NCBI GenBank assembly: GCA_036381015.1
Contig: DASVDR010000015.1
Coordinates: forward strand, 16,675-80,674
DNA length: 64,000 nt
Source of the DNA: Gammaproteobacteria bacterium
GTDB taxonomy: Bacteria; Pseudomonadota; Gammaproteobacteria; Steroidobacterales; Rariloculaceae
Direction of reading: 5' to 3'
Shown here: positions 38,640-46,972 of the stretch, in pieces
Layout: each line of letters starts with the position of its first letter
Position numbering within the stretch: the first letter of the stretch is position 1
The notes under the pieces: model-generated
Told to the model about the DNA's origin: nothing
What the model saw: the letters and a program-made list of their open reading frames with translations, nothing else
The model's database searches: none
Program-made: the position numbers and the translations under genes

Positions 38640-39240
38640 AATCCGGGCGGCGCATCGACGAACGCGGCGATGTTCTCGGCCCGGAACCCCGGCTCGACGC
38701 GACCGAGCTCGATCAAGCTCATGACGAGCGCCAATGCCGTGACGACTGCGACCGCCGACAAGCCGATGCCGATTGCCGGAAGAGCCGCAATGCGCCGGCT
38801 TCCCCGCACCTCGCGACTCATCTCGCCGCGCAGGCTCTGCAGCGGGCCTCCGCGCAGGGCGCGCACCAAAGGCGAAACGCCCGCGAGCAGGATGCTCGCG
38901 ACGGCCGCGACCGCCGCGAACGTCAGCGTCGCGCCGTCGATCGCGATGTCTTCTGCGCGCGGCAGGCTGCCGGCCGCAAGCGGGCGGGCGATCGCGACGA
39001 AAAACCGCGCGAGCAGAACACCAGCGGCCGTCGCGAGCGCGGCGAGCAACGACAGCTCGACGGCCACGTCGACCGCGATGCGTCCGTGAGTGGCGCCCAA
39101 CGTGCGTCGCACTGCGAGCTCGGCCTGCCGTTGCTCGAGCCGTATCGATACGAGGCACGCCGCGGTGGCGCACGCGACGAAGAGCACGAGCAGCGTCACC
39201 GCGAACAACGCGTAGAGAATCTCGCGCACGTTGCCGAGGC
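38640..39240 (-). pseudogene. internal fragment of an FtsX/MacB-type (ADOP-like) ABC transporter permease
   Basis: ORF 38498..39286 reads ...LGNVREILYALFAVTLLVLFVACATAACLVSIRLEQRQAELAVRRTLGATHGRI...LLAGVSPLVRALRG...RIAALPAIGIGLSAVAVV...GRVEPGFRAENI. That is FtsX TM2-4 plus the next TM. The 5' end is cut by the IS91 fragment at 39241, and there is no proper C-terminus. Confidence 0.6.
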
Positions 39241-39360
39241 GCGATAAAGTCCTCGGGCTCGAAGATGACGTGCGTCGTACCGTCACGATAAGGTGTCTTC
39301 AATGCACAGCACACATTCCCGCCCTCGGTCAGTGACAGCCGCTCGGTGGCCACCGGTGGC
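39241..39360 (-). mobile_element. ~120-bp internal fragment of an IS91-family transposase gene (copy A)
   Basis: Encodes PPVATERLSLTEGGNVCCALKTPYRDGTTHVIFEPEDFIA (in ORF 37656..39377). It is nearly identical at DNA level, with a handful of mismatches by eye, to 51076-51195 in the same orientation. Confidence 0.75.
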
Positions 39361-40669
39361 GACGGCCGCGCCGGCACAGAAGCTGCCGCGCCATCTGATC
39401 GTGTTCATTGGCGCGCTGATCGCGCTCGGAGCGCTTTCGCTCGACGCGTATCTGCCCGCCATGCCCGCCATGGCCCAGAGCTTCGGGGTCGGCATCGTGG
39501 CCATGAACAACACGATCAGCCTGTACCTCGTCGGCTACGGGCTCGGCCAGTTCTTCGGCGGCTCGTTCTCGGACCAGATCGGCCGCAAGCGCATCGGGCT
39601 CATCGGCCTCGGCGTTTTCGCGGCCGCGTCGATCGCGATCGGCCTCTCCACGAGCGCCGAGCAAGTTGAGTGGCTGCGGCTCGTGCAGGCGATCGGCGGC
39701 GGCTTCTCGACCGTGATCTGCATGGCGATCGTCCGCGACGTCTATCCCGTCGAAGAGCTCGGCAAGCGCATGGCGATGGTGCTGCTCACGATGCTCGCTT
39801 CGCCCGTCATCGCGCCGTCGCTCGGCGCGGCGCTGCTGCGCTTCGGCTGGCCGTCGATCTTCTTCTTCAAGGCCGCGTATGCCGGCGCCCTCGGCACCTA
39901 CTACCTCGTCGCGGTCCCCGAGACGCGGCCCGGCCGCTGGAGCCAGCTCTCGGTGCTGCGCACGCTCAAGCAATGCGCGCACGTCCTCAAGCAGAAGGAC
40001 GACGGCGGCCGGCGGCCGATCGTCTACGCGATCGCGATGGCGTTCGGCGCAAGCTGCTTCATGACGTTTCTCACGAACGCGTCGTTCGCCTACATCCAGT
40101 ACTTCGGCGTCTCGGAGACGGCCTTTCCGTTCTACTTCGGCATCGGCGTCGTCGGCATGGTCGCGACGCAGCTCTACAACATGCGCTACCTCACGCAGGC
40201 GAAGGCGCCCGGGCAGTTCCGCCTCGGGCTCGCCGTTCAGCTCGGCGCGGCGCTGTTTCTCGCGCTCGCCGTCGCGCTAGGCGCGCATTCGATCTGGGTC
40301 GTCGTCGTCTCGGTCGCCGTGATTGTCGGCAGCTTCGGGCTCGCAGGCCCGGCCGGCTCCTCGCAATACATCCGGCACTTCGGCGCGCTCGCGGGCAGCG
40401 CCTCGTCGCTCTACACGACCTTGATGTTTTCGATGGCGTCCGTGTTCGGCGCGATCTCCGGATTCTTCTTCGACGGCACGCTGCGGCCCATGGCCTTCAC
40501 GATGTTCGCGGCCTCCGTCGCGGCGAACCTTTGCGCGCTCCTGACGGGTATTCGGTTCCGGACGCGCGCGCCGAAGCAGAGCGCCCCGGCCGTCGGCGCG
40601 AAGAGCCGGTGCGATGCTGCTCAGTCCTCGACGAACACCTCTTCGGTCAATTCGAAGCTCGGCGTGTGA
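39293..40669 (+). CDS. MFS transporter, Bcr/CflA drug-resistance subfamily
   Basis: 458-aa ORF. Blocks LSLDAYLPAMPAMAQSF, GQFFGGSFSDQIGRKR, LVQAIGGG, with 12 hydrophobic segments. The annotated 5' end overlaps the IS91 fragment, so the true start may be the in-frame GTG at 39356. Confidence 0.85.
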   Translation: MSSMHSTHSRPRSVTAARWPPVATAAPAQKLPRHLIVFIGALIALGALSLDAYLPAMPAMAQSFGVGIVAMNNTISLYLVGYGLGQFFGGSFSDQIGRKRIGLIGLGVFAAASIAIGLSTSAEQVEWLRLVQAIGGGFSTVICMAIVRDVYPVEELGKRMAMVLLTMLASPVIAPSLGAALLRFGWPSIFFFKAAYAGALGTYYLVAVPETRPGRWSQLSVLRTLKQCAHVLKQKDDGGRRPIVYAIAMAFGASCFMTFLTNASFAYIQYFGVSETAFPFYFGIGVVGMVATQLYNMRYLTQAKAPGQFRLGLAVQLGAALFLALAVALGAHSIWVVVVSVAVIVGSFGLAGPAGSSQYIRHFGALAGSASSLYTTLMFSMASVFGAISGFFFDGTLRPMAFTMFAASVAANLCALLTGIRFRTRAPKQSAPAVGAKSRCDAAQSSTNTSSVNSKLGV

Positions 40670-40971
40670 ACGAGCAAGAGCGTCGCGAGACCGTCACCCT
40701 CGTTGGCATAGCTGAACCGTCGGCCGCGTTTCACGAGGCAGAAATCGCCGGCGCGCATCACGTGCGCGGTTCCGTCCAGAACGAAAGTAATCTGCCCGGC
40801 CGCGACGACGTAGTATTTGTCCGATCGGCGGGACCATGCTTGCGGGTGCCGAACGCCGGGCGGCACTTCGATCAGCGCGACGGAGGAGCTTTCGGTGCGG
40901 CCTGCAGTGTAGTCGAAGATGCGCAGGCCTCCGAAGTCCAACGGCGTCATCGAGCTGCGTGAAAGATACAT
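40621..40971 (-). CDS. cupin domain protein
   Basis: Start MYLSRSSMTPLDFGGLRIFDY at 40971. Cupin-like core ALIEVPPGVRHPQAWSRRSDKYYVVAAGQITFVLDG...VMRAGDFCLV. Confidence 0.65.
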   Translation of the reverse strand: MYLSRSSMTPLDFGGLRIFDYTAGRTESSSVALIEVPPGVRHPQAWSRRSDKYYVVAAGQITFVLDGTAHVMRAGDFCLVKRGRRFSYANEGDGLATLLLVHTPSFELTEEVFVED

Positions 40972-40988
40972 GGCGACCTCAGGAAATC

Positions 40989-41156
40989 TCACGGCGGAAT
41001 AGCGAGCCGAGTTCGAGTCCACTCGACGTCCGACGTCTCGGGCGATCGGTTGACGAGCACTCTACCCTTCGCGCCGACGTAAATCTTGCCGTCTTCGTTC
41101 TTGCTGCATCCGAAAACAAGAACAGGCGCGAACCGCCGAAGCGCAACTCGGCGCAT
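40989..41156 (-). CDS. possible small lipoprotein (55 aa)
   Basis: ATG at 41156. MRRVALRRFAPVLVFGCSKNEDGKIYVGAKGRVLVNRSPETSDVEWTRTRLAIPP with lipobox LVFGC. Immediately upstream of the cupin gene. Confidence 0.4.
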   Translation of the reverse strand: MRRVALRRFAPVLVFGCSKNEDGKIYVGAKGRVLVNRSPETSDVEWTRTRLAIPP

Positions 41157-41257
41157 CCCGTCGTCTTCGCCGCGAGCGGGCAGGTTTGCAGGTGGCATAC
41201 GGATATAGTAGATCCTGCTATATCTGTAGGAAGCAGCGCCTAAACGGAGAGACCCTG

Positions 41258-41822
41258 ATGCGCGAAGCCCAGGGAAGACCCGGGAGTGCGGCTCGCACCA
41301 TTCACTTCCTGTCGATTTCGGCGCTCCTGGTTCTCTGCGATCCGGTCTCGGCCCAACGATGGACCGAGCCGCTCTCGCAAGCCGAAGAGGTCTCGGCAAC
41401 GCAGACCCTGATCCGCGCGATTCGCGCCGAGAACTGGCTCGAAGCGGTAGGAACGGCCGATCGCTTTCGCGGCTCGCCGACGTCCGCCTTTTCTCAATAC
41501 CAAGCGTTCGCTTATGCGATGACCGGACGCCTGGATCTCGTCGCCGAGCTTCAGCGTGAAGGCCGAATTCCGAGCGCTGTGGTTTGCGAAGATACGGGCG
41601 GCCTCGAATTTCGCGATGCCGTGGAGACGATAGTCGAAGCCGCGACGCGGCATCGTGCGGTCATCCTGCAGGAAATGCATTGGGAGCCGCAGCATCGATC
41701 ATTGCTCCACGCCCTGCTGCGCCGCCTGCGCGAGCAAGGCTTCACCTATTTCGCAGCCGAGGACTTCGAAGGCACGCCGGAAGCCTACCTGACCGCGAGC
41801 TATCCCGGAGAGGTGTCCGGCG
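41258..41822 (+). pseudogene. 3'-truncated secreted protein gene (possibly ChaN/Tiki-like)
   Basis: ATG at 41258 (MREAQGRPGSAARTIHFLSISALLVLCDPVSAQ...AVILQEMHWEPQHRSLLHALLRRLREQGFTYFAAEDF...). Natural sequence stops abruptly about 41820, where the permease tail begins in another frame. The family guess is weak. Confidence 0.35.
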
Positions 41823-41970
41823 CGGGCTCCTGTTCGAGACGGCGCCCGCCGATCCGCTCATGCTCGCGGGGGTTGCGCTCGCGCTCGTCGGCGGCGGCGT
41901 GCTCGGCTGTCTCGGGCCGGCGCTTCGTGCTACCGCCATCAATCCGATCGTGGCGCTGCGAGCCGACTAG
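41822..41970 (+). pseudogene. C-terminal ~48-aa fragment of an FtsX/ADOP-type permease
   Basis: ORF 41584..41970 ends GLLFETAPADPLMLAGVALALVGGGVLGCLGPALRATAINPIVALRAD*. This is the canonical last TM plus xxPxxALRxx tail of FtsX-family permeases. It is on the opposite strand to the fragment at 38640-39240. Confidence 0.6.
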
Positions 41971-42262
41971 CGTTCGGCGCCGGGGCGTGTCTCACTTTGG
42001 CCGTGTGGGTGTCGCGGTGGGCGGCGGCCGCGCCTCGAAGGCCTCTCCCGAGACAACGCCGAAAGAGTGTCCATGCGGCTCGGCGCCGCACATCCATGTG
42101 CGGCGACGGTCCGCTAGGTGCGAGGATGCGCGTGAGCCGGTCTGGCGGCGCCCGATCGAGCCGTTCGACATCATGACGCTCGCGCACAAAGGTTCGTTGT
42201 TCACGACGTGGCCGCTGCTGCCCGATCATCTCGCGAAGCGAGAGGACGTTCTCGCCGTTTGC

Positions 42263-44935
42263 TTATCGTCGTACCACAATGCTGGTTTGAGTGACCAACG
42301 GGCCAAACTCGTCCCTGCCAACGCCCTTGGGGGCGGTCGGGATTACCAGTTTCACCCAGACGGCATCCGGACCCTTGAAATACGAAGTCTCGGTCGCCTT
42401 GCGCAGGGCGTCGAGGCTGTCCTGCTGCTTCCCGGAGGTCGCGCTGGTGAAACCCGGCAGCTCGAACACGACCCATGAGCCTTCGGCCATTTCAGTCAAA
42501 CTGATGGCAACTTCCGGTCTCTCGGTCTTCACGCGGATCTCGGTGCCGGCGCGCACAGTGCTCTGGTTGGCCGTGATCTGGAAGTCCTTGCCATTGCGGC
42601 TCAGGGTAATTGGCTGTTGAGGAGCAGCCGCCCGCGCAGGACCGGCCCCCCGCGCAGGAGCGCCCCCCCGCGCAGCCGCAGCTGACCGCACAGGAACATC
42701 GGGCAGCGCAAGAACGGCCCCCCTCGTGGGTCCGGGCCTCGGCATGCTGAACCGAATGCGTCCTATATCACCCGTGCACACAGAGGCGTTCCAGCTGGGA
42801 TGAATCTCGCAGGTGTCGTCCGTGGCGACGCTGTCGTTCTCGCCGTCGTGGAGCAGGATATAGGAGTCAGGGATGCCGGTCGTCGAACCGTCCAGGTCGT
42901 GGATCGCCAGGCTCCGGTAGGCCACGGCATTCCGGTTGTCACTATCGAACCTCGGGTCGATTTTCGGAAAGTACACGGGCTTGGCATTGACGAACTTCGC
43001 ACCCTTGACGGTGTTTTCGGTGGTAACCCCGGCGCCCGTATACAACAGCCATGTAAGCGCGCCTGATCCGCGCAGCTCGTTGCCCTGGAAATTCACGAAG
43101 GTCGTGTTAACAACGTCATGACGATAGTCGTAGTACTCATAGGCGTGGATCGGGTAATCCGGAATCAGAGGCTTCGGCAGGCTGCGGCCGTAGGCCTTTT
43201 CCTCCGGCGTCCCGGGGTTGCCGACGTTCTCGGTTTCGCCCACGAACAGCGAATCGACCACCCGTGACGTAAACAAGTCATCGCCGAAGGAACCGCTTGA
43301 ATGCGTAAAACCTATGGCATTGTCCGCCGACTTCAGGTTCCTGAAGACGTGCAGTTCGCCTCGGCCCCAGACGCCGCCATTGCGGTTCTTGTAGGTGGTG
43401 AGGTTCTCGAAGTGCGCCTCCACGCCTTTGCTGTTCGGGTCGGCAGGGTTTTCCTTGGGCATGTACGAGGGACCGGCCAAGCCGAAGGTGTTTTCCGCAT
43501 TGATGTTCCGGTCGAACATGAACCCGTCGTAGTTGGAGTGGGCCACGTTGCCCCGGAACTCGCGCAGCGGCGTGCGGCGCGGCCAGATCGCTTGCGCGAT
43601 CGCCGCGCCCTCGAACTGACCGATTGGGTGCTCGGGCAGCGACATCCAGAAGCCGTTCGCATCGGAACCGGCGGCCACATTGTCGATGAAGGTGTTGTCC
43701 GGATTCGTGATCCAGTAAGACGCGACCGTGTTGTCCGAAGGCAGCAGGGTGTCCCCGCCAAAAAAGCTGGCCTCCCTGTAAGCCTGGCGATTCTCGTTCG
43801 CAAAGCTTCTCTCTCCGTTTGGGGCGAGATTGACCGGCTGGCAGGGCTTGGCCGGATGGCACTTGGTCTGGATGGCCAGGTTCCTGACGAACTCGTTGCC
43901 ATGCTCGATGCCGTCCTCGAGGAAGAAGCAGTGACCGACGTTGTTGTAGGTCACGTTGTTCTCGATTCTCACGTTGTGCGTGCCGTGCACCGTCACGCAG
44001 CGGTTGAAGGTGTCATGGATGGCCGAGTTCTTGATGTACTGGCCCTTCGCATCCCCGACGAGGTGCCAGTGAATCGGATATCGGGCAAGGGTCAGGTGCT
44101 GGCCCATGAGATTGAGCTCGACGCCCGAGACGTACATCTCGCTGCCCGGCATCGCCATGATGTGGCCGCCGAAGTACGACTCCTCGGCGTCCTCCGATGC
44201 CTGGATCTTGATGTTGCGCGTGAGCAGGCCCACTTCGCCGCGCTCGTCCACGTCGAAGGTAATCTTGCCGAAATGCATGTACTCGAGCGGCTTGTCGAGC
44301 GTGATCGTGTTGCCGCGGATCGCCGTGATCTTGCGGACCTCGGCCTGGCGCGGATCGTAGTCCGTCGACGCGAGCACGATCTCGTCGCCGACGCGCCAGC
44401 CCGAGGCATCGAGAACCTGAATCTGCGTGGCGCCCTTCTCGGCCGTCGCCGAGAGCTTCGTCCAGGCGTTCGTCCGATCGCCGTGCAGGCTCAGCGTGCC
44501 GCCCGCGATCATGATGCCGCGATCGTTCATGCCGCCCATCACGGCTTCATTGGGGACGTTGTTGACGAAGGTGATGGTCGCGTTGCGGGTGTGTGGACGG
44601 GCTTCGGTGCCGATCTCCAACTCGCCGTGCAGCATGATCCACTCCGTGGTCAGCTCCAGATCGGCGTCGTTCGAGAAGGTGAGCTTGCCGTCGATGGAGA
44701 GACCGCCCAGAGCCGGGGGGCTGACATCGAGGATCACGTGCTGGTCCTTGGCGATGATGACCTTGTCGCCGGCGGCCGGAACCTTGTGATTTGGCCAAGT
44801 GGCAGGATCGGACCATTTTGTCGCCTGGACTGCTGGCGCTCTTGCGTTCTGGGCCTGGACGACGCCGAATGCGCCGCCGAGCAGGACCACCGGAACCAGC
44901 GATGCAAGCAGGACCGAGCGAGACCTTCGACTCAT
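42263..44935 (-). CDS. secreted G8-domain / parallel beta-helix protein (CEMIP/TMEM2-like architecture)
   Basis: ATG at 44935 (MSRRSRSVLLASLVPVVLLGGAFGVVQA). G8-type opening KWSDPATWPNHKVPAAGDKVIIAKDQHVILDV...LSIDGKLTF. Followed by beta-helix repeats (HWHLVGD, HDTFNRCVTVHGTHNVRIENNV, NVGHCFFLEDG). 890 aa. Confidence 0.8.
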   Translation of the reverse strand: MSRRSRSVLLASLVPVVLLGGAFGVVQAQNARAPAVQATKWSDPATWPNHKVPAAGDKVIIAKDQHVILDVSPPALGGLSIDGKLTFSNDADLELTTEWIMLHGELEIGTEARPHTRNATITFVNNVPNEAVMGGMNDRGIMIAGGTLSLHGDRTNAWTKLSATAEKGATQIQVLDASGWRVGDEIVLASTDYDPRQAEVRKITAIRGNTITLDKPLEYMHFGKITFDVDERGEVGLLTRNIKIQASEDAEESYFGGHIMAMPGSEMYVSGVELNLMGQHLTLARYPIHWHLVGDAKGQYIKNSAIHDTFNRCVTVHGTHNVRIENNVTYNNVGHCFFLEDGIEHGNEFVRNLAIQTKCHPAKPCQPVNLAPNGERSFANENRQAYREASFFGGDTLLPSDNTVASYWITNPDNTFIDNVAAGSDANGFWMSLPEHPIGQFEGAAIAQAIWPRRTPLREFRGNVAHSNYDGFMFDRNINAENTFGLAGPSYMPKENPADPNSKGVEAHFENLTTYKNRNGGVWGRGELHVFRNLKSADNAIGFTHSSGSFGDDLFTSRVVDSLFVGETENVGNPGTPEEKAYGRSLPKPLIPDYPIHAYEYYDYRHDVVNTTFVNFQGNELRGSGALTWLLYTGAGVTTENTVKGAKFVNAKPVYFPKIDPRFDSDNRNAVAYRSLAIHDLDGSTTGIPDSYILLHDGENDSVATDDTCEIHPSWNASVCTGDIGRIRFSMPRPGPTRGAVLALPDVPVRSAAAARGGAPARGAGPARAAAPQQPITLSRNGKDFQITANQSTVRAGTEIRVKTERPEVAISLTEMAEGSWVVFELPGFTSATSGKQQDSLDALRKATETSYFKGPDAVWVKLVIPTAPKGVGRDEFGPLVTQTSIVVRR

Positions 44936-45405
44936 GGCGATACCCCTCCCCCCGCGATGGTCTGAATCGAGCCCAACATCCGTGAGTGGGAGATTAGCGC
45001 GGCTGTCCAGCTTTCGGCCAGCCACAGGGCGCGACGAAGCTCCACTCGCGCAAGACGATTACCTTTCGGGTCGGCAACAAACCGGTCACGATGTCGCTCG
45101 AGGCTACGATGCGGATAGTGTGTATAAGGGCCCTTATGTGAGCTGGCACGGAGCGAGCGAGCCTGCAAGGGGCGTCCGCCGAGCCCGGGCGGGAGGTGCG
45201 TACCGCAACAACGGGGCGATGCACTCGGTCGTGATCTCGACGGCCGGGGGCGTGAGCGCCGAAGCCGCCACGCGTGATCTTCCGTCACCCCGAGGGCGAG
45301 CGCTGGGCGTTCTTCGCGCCGGCGATCGCCGCACGCTGATCGCAGCCTCGCGCCGGAGCCGGCGAGCTCCGCCGCTGCACCGAGCGCTCGCTTGCCGCGA
45401 GCGGC

Positions 45406-45789
45406 TCAGCAGTTCTGCGGGCGGGCCGAAACGACCGTGCCGTCGCCGAGCGTGACCTGTCAGATCTAGCCCGACATCGAACCGTTGCGAGCGCGGCTCG
45501 CTTCGACGGTGAGGTGCTGGCCGATAGGCCCCTCGAATGCGGGCTGTCGACGTTGCGGTTTCGAAAGAAGCCGGCGGCGGCCCTTCGAACGACCAGGGTT
45601 CGACCGCGCCGTCCTCGTCGACATCGACATAGATGTAGATGTGCGGGTTGCGCCAATCGAGCTCCGCAAGCGTGCCGATTTGCGTGACGACTTGGTTGAA
45701 GTCGAACATCGCCGATATGTTGTGATGCGCGAAGGCGGATCCGGCCGAGAGGAGAACGAGATCGAGGGACCGAAGGCAGGCGGGCTTCA
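45406..45789 (-). pseudogene. decayed DUF6152-like gene
   Basis: ATG at 45789 after AAGGAA. MKPACLRSLDLVLLSAGSAFAHHNISAMFDF...WRNPHIYIYVDVDEDGAVEPWSFEG parallels the gene at 3581-3973. The frame changes about 45560-45600. The tail reads GQHLTVEASRARNGSMSG*I*QVTLGDGTVV, with in-frame TAG (45466-45468) and TGA (45460-45462). Confidence 0.65.
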
Positions 45790-46064
45790 TCTGACGTTCC
45801 TTGAGGTTAGAGGCGACATTCTCGGTCGCGATAACATTAGGAGCATCATGGGCCGGTTGTCCGATGCGGCTTGCTTCGGCGCAATTTGCTCTTCCGAAGC
45901 AACGTTTCAGATCAACGGCGGCCTGACGCAGGCGGACAGAAGGCACGAATCCCGTTTGGGAAGGGCACCGACGCTCCCGCCTGCGCACTATTCGCTTCCG
46001 GAGTACCGAATACCGCCTGTCGACTACTTCTTACTCTTGCCTGCCGTCGAGGACGCCACTGGTG

Positions 46065-46803
46065 TCAGAAGATCGTGGAGCACACCATGCCCACTCCAGC
46101 TCGCCTTGGCCGTTGCACGCTCGGCCCGCGGCCACGTCCGCGATGAGTAGAAAATCGCAGCTTGGATGTAGTTGCTGACTTGTCGTCGTCGACTTCGCTC
46201 GCCACCTCATCAAAGGCATCGGAAAACAGCTGCTCGAGATCGGGCTCCTCTGTCACGAGTGCTGCCTTCGGCATGATCGATGACTTGGCCTCGTTGAGGA
46301 CAAGGTCGTAGCTGCGCAAGGCCGGAATGATCGCGCGAAGCACCTTCTCGCCCTCATCGACGTTCCTACATATATGTCATCCACGTAGCGAGCCGAGGGC
46401 ACATTAAGTTCCTTCAGCATAAGATCGATAGGCGCGAGGTAATAGTTTCCGAACAGATCTGAGGGAAACATTCCCTGCAAAATACCGCGTGAATTGCGCT
46501 CACCCGTGTAGCGGGCAAGAACAGCTTCAAGCCTTGATGCCAACCCGTGAGGGTACCCGGCATCCTCGAGCACGTTGATGAGTTTGTGCTGATTGAGCGA
46601 GCCGAAGCAATTCGCCACGTCGAGCTTCAAAACGTAGCGAATGGCCGATGTTGGGACTTGCGGTAGATGAAGTTGATGTGCGGTGCGTAGATGAAATCCG
46701 ATCGTAGGTCGTGAACGATGCGCGCAAGCGCTAGTTTCCAATTGATCTGCTTCAGCAGAGCAGCATCAAGACCGAACTGGGCGCCGACTTCCTGAGGGGA
46801 CAT
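46065..46803 (-). pseudogene. decayed reverse transcriptase (defence/Abi-type RT remnant)
   Basis: Three frames join. (1) MSPQEVGAQFGLDAALLKQINWKLALARIVHDLRSDFIYAPHINFIYRKS (from ATG 46803). (2) IRYVLKLDVANCFGSLNQHKLINVLE...GILQGMFPSDLFGNYYLAPID...SARYVDDIY, carrying the RT motifs and the YVDD catalytic box. (3) NVDEGEKVLRAIIPALRSYDLVLNEAKSSIMPK. Shifts lie near 46630-46660 and 46365-46375. The C-terminal part appears lost. Low GC. Confidence 0.7.
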
Positions 46804-46972
46804 AGAGCTAGCGGTGCTAGTGCTACTAACGGCAGCAAAACCTCCCTACCGCCGTTCGCCGATCGCGGCTCGAGCTGACAACAAAAGGTGCCAGCCCGTT
46901 TTGAGCGCGGAGGCGACACGGAGGATGAGCGAAGCGTAGTACGTACTCTCGTTCAACACCACCTTGAGCCGT

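Noticed and set aside
37656-39377. 573-aa minus-strand ORF spanning the sulfotransferase and permease-fragment region.
   Set aside because: It is a shadow ORF (Arg-rich), except for the ~40 codons at its 5' end that correspond to the IS91 transposase shard. The credible genes here are in other frames.
41186-42478. 430-aa ORF that could be taken as one gene.
   Set aside because: It is chimeric. Only its first ~190 aa after MREAQG... look like real protein. The permease tail lies in a different frame (41584..41970), and the remainder is Arg/Ser-rich read-through overlapping the G8 gene's 3' end.
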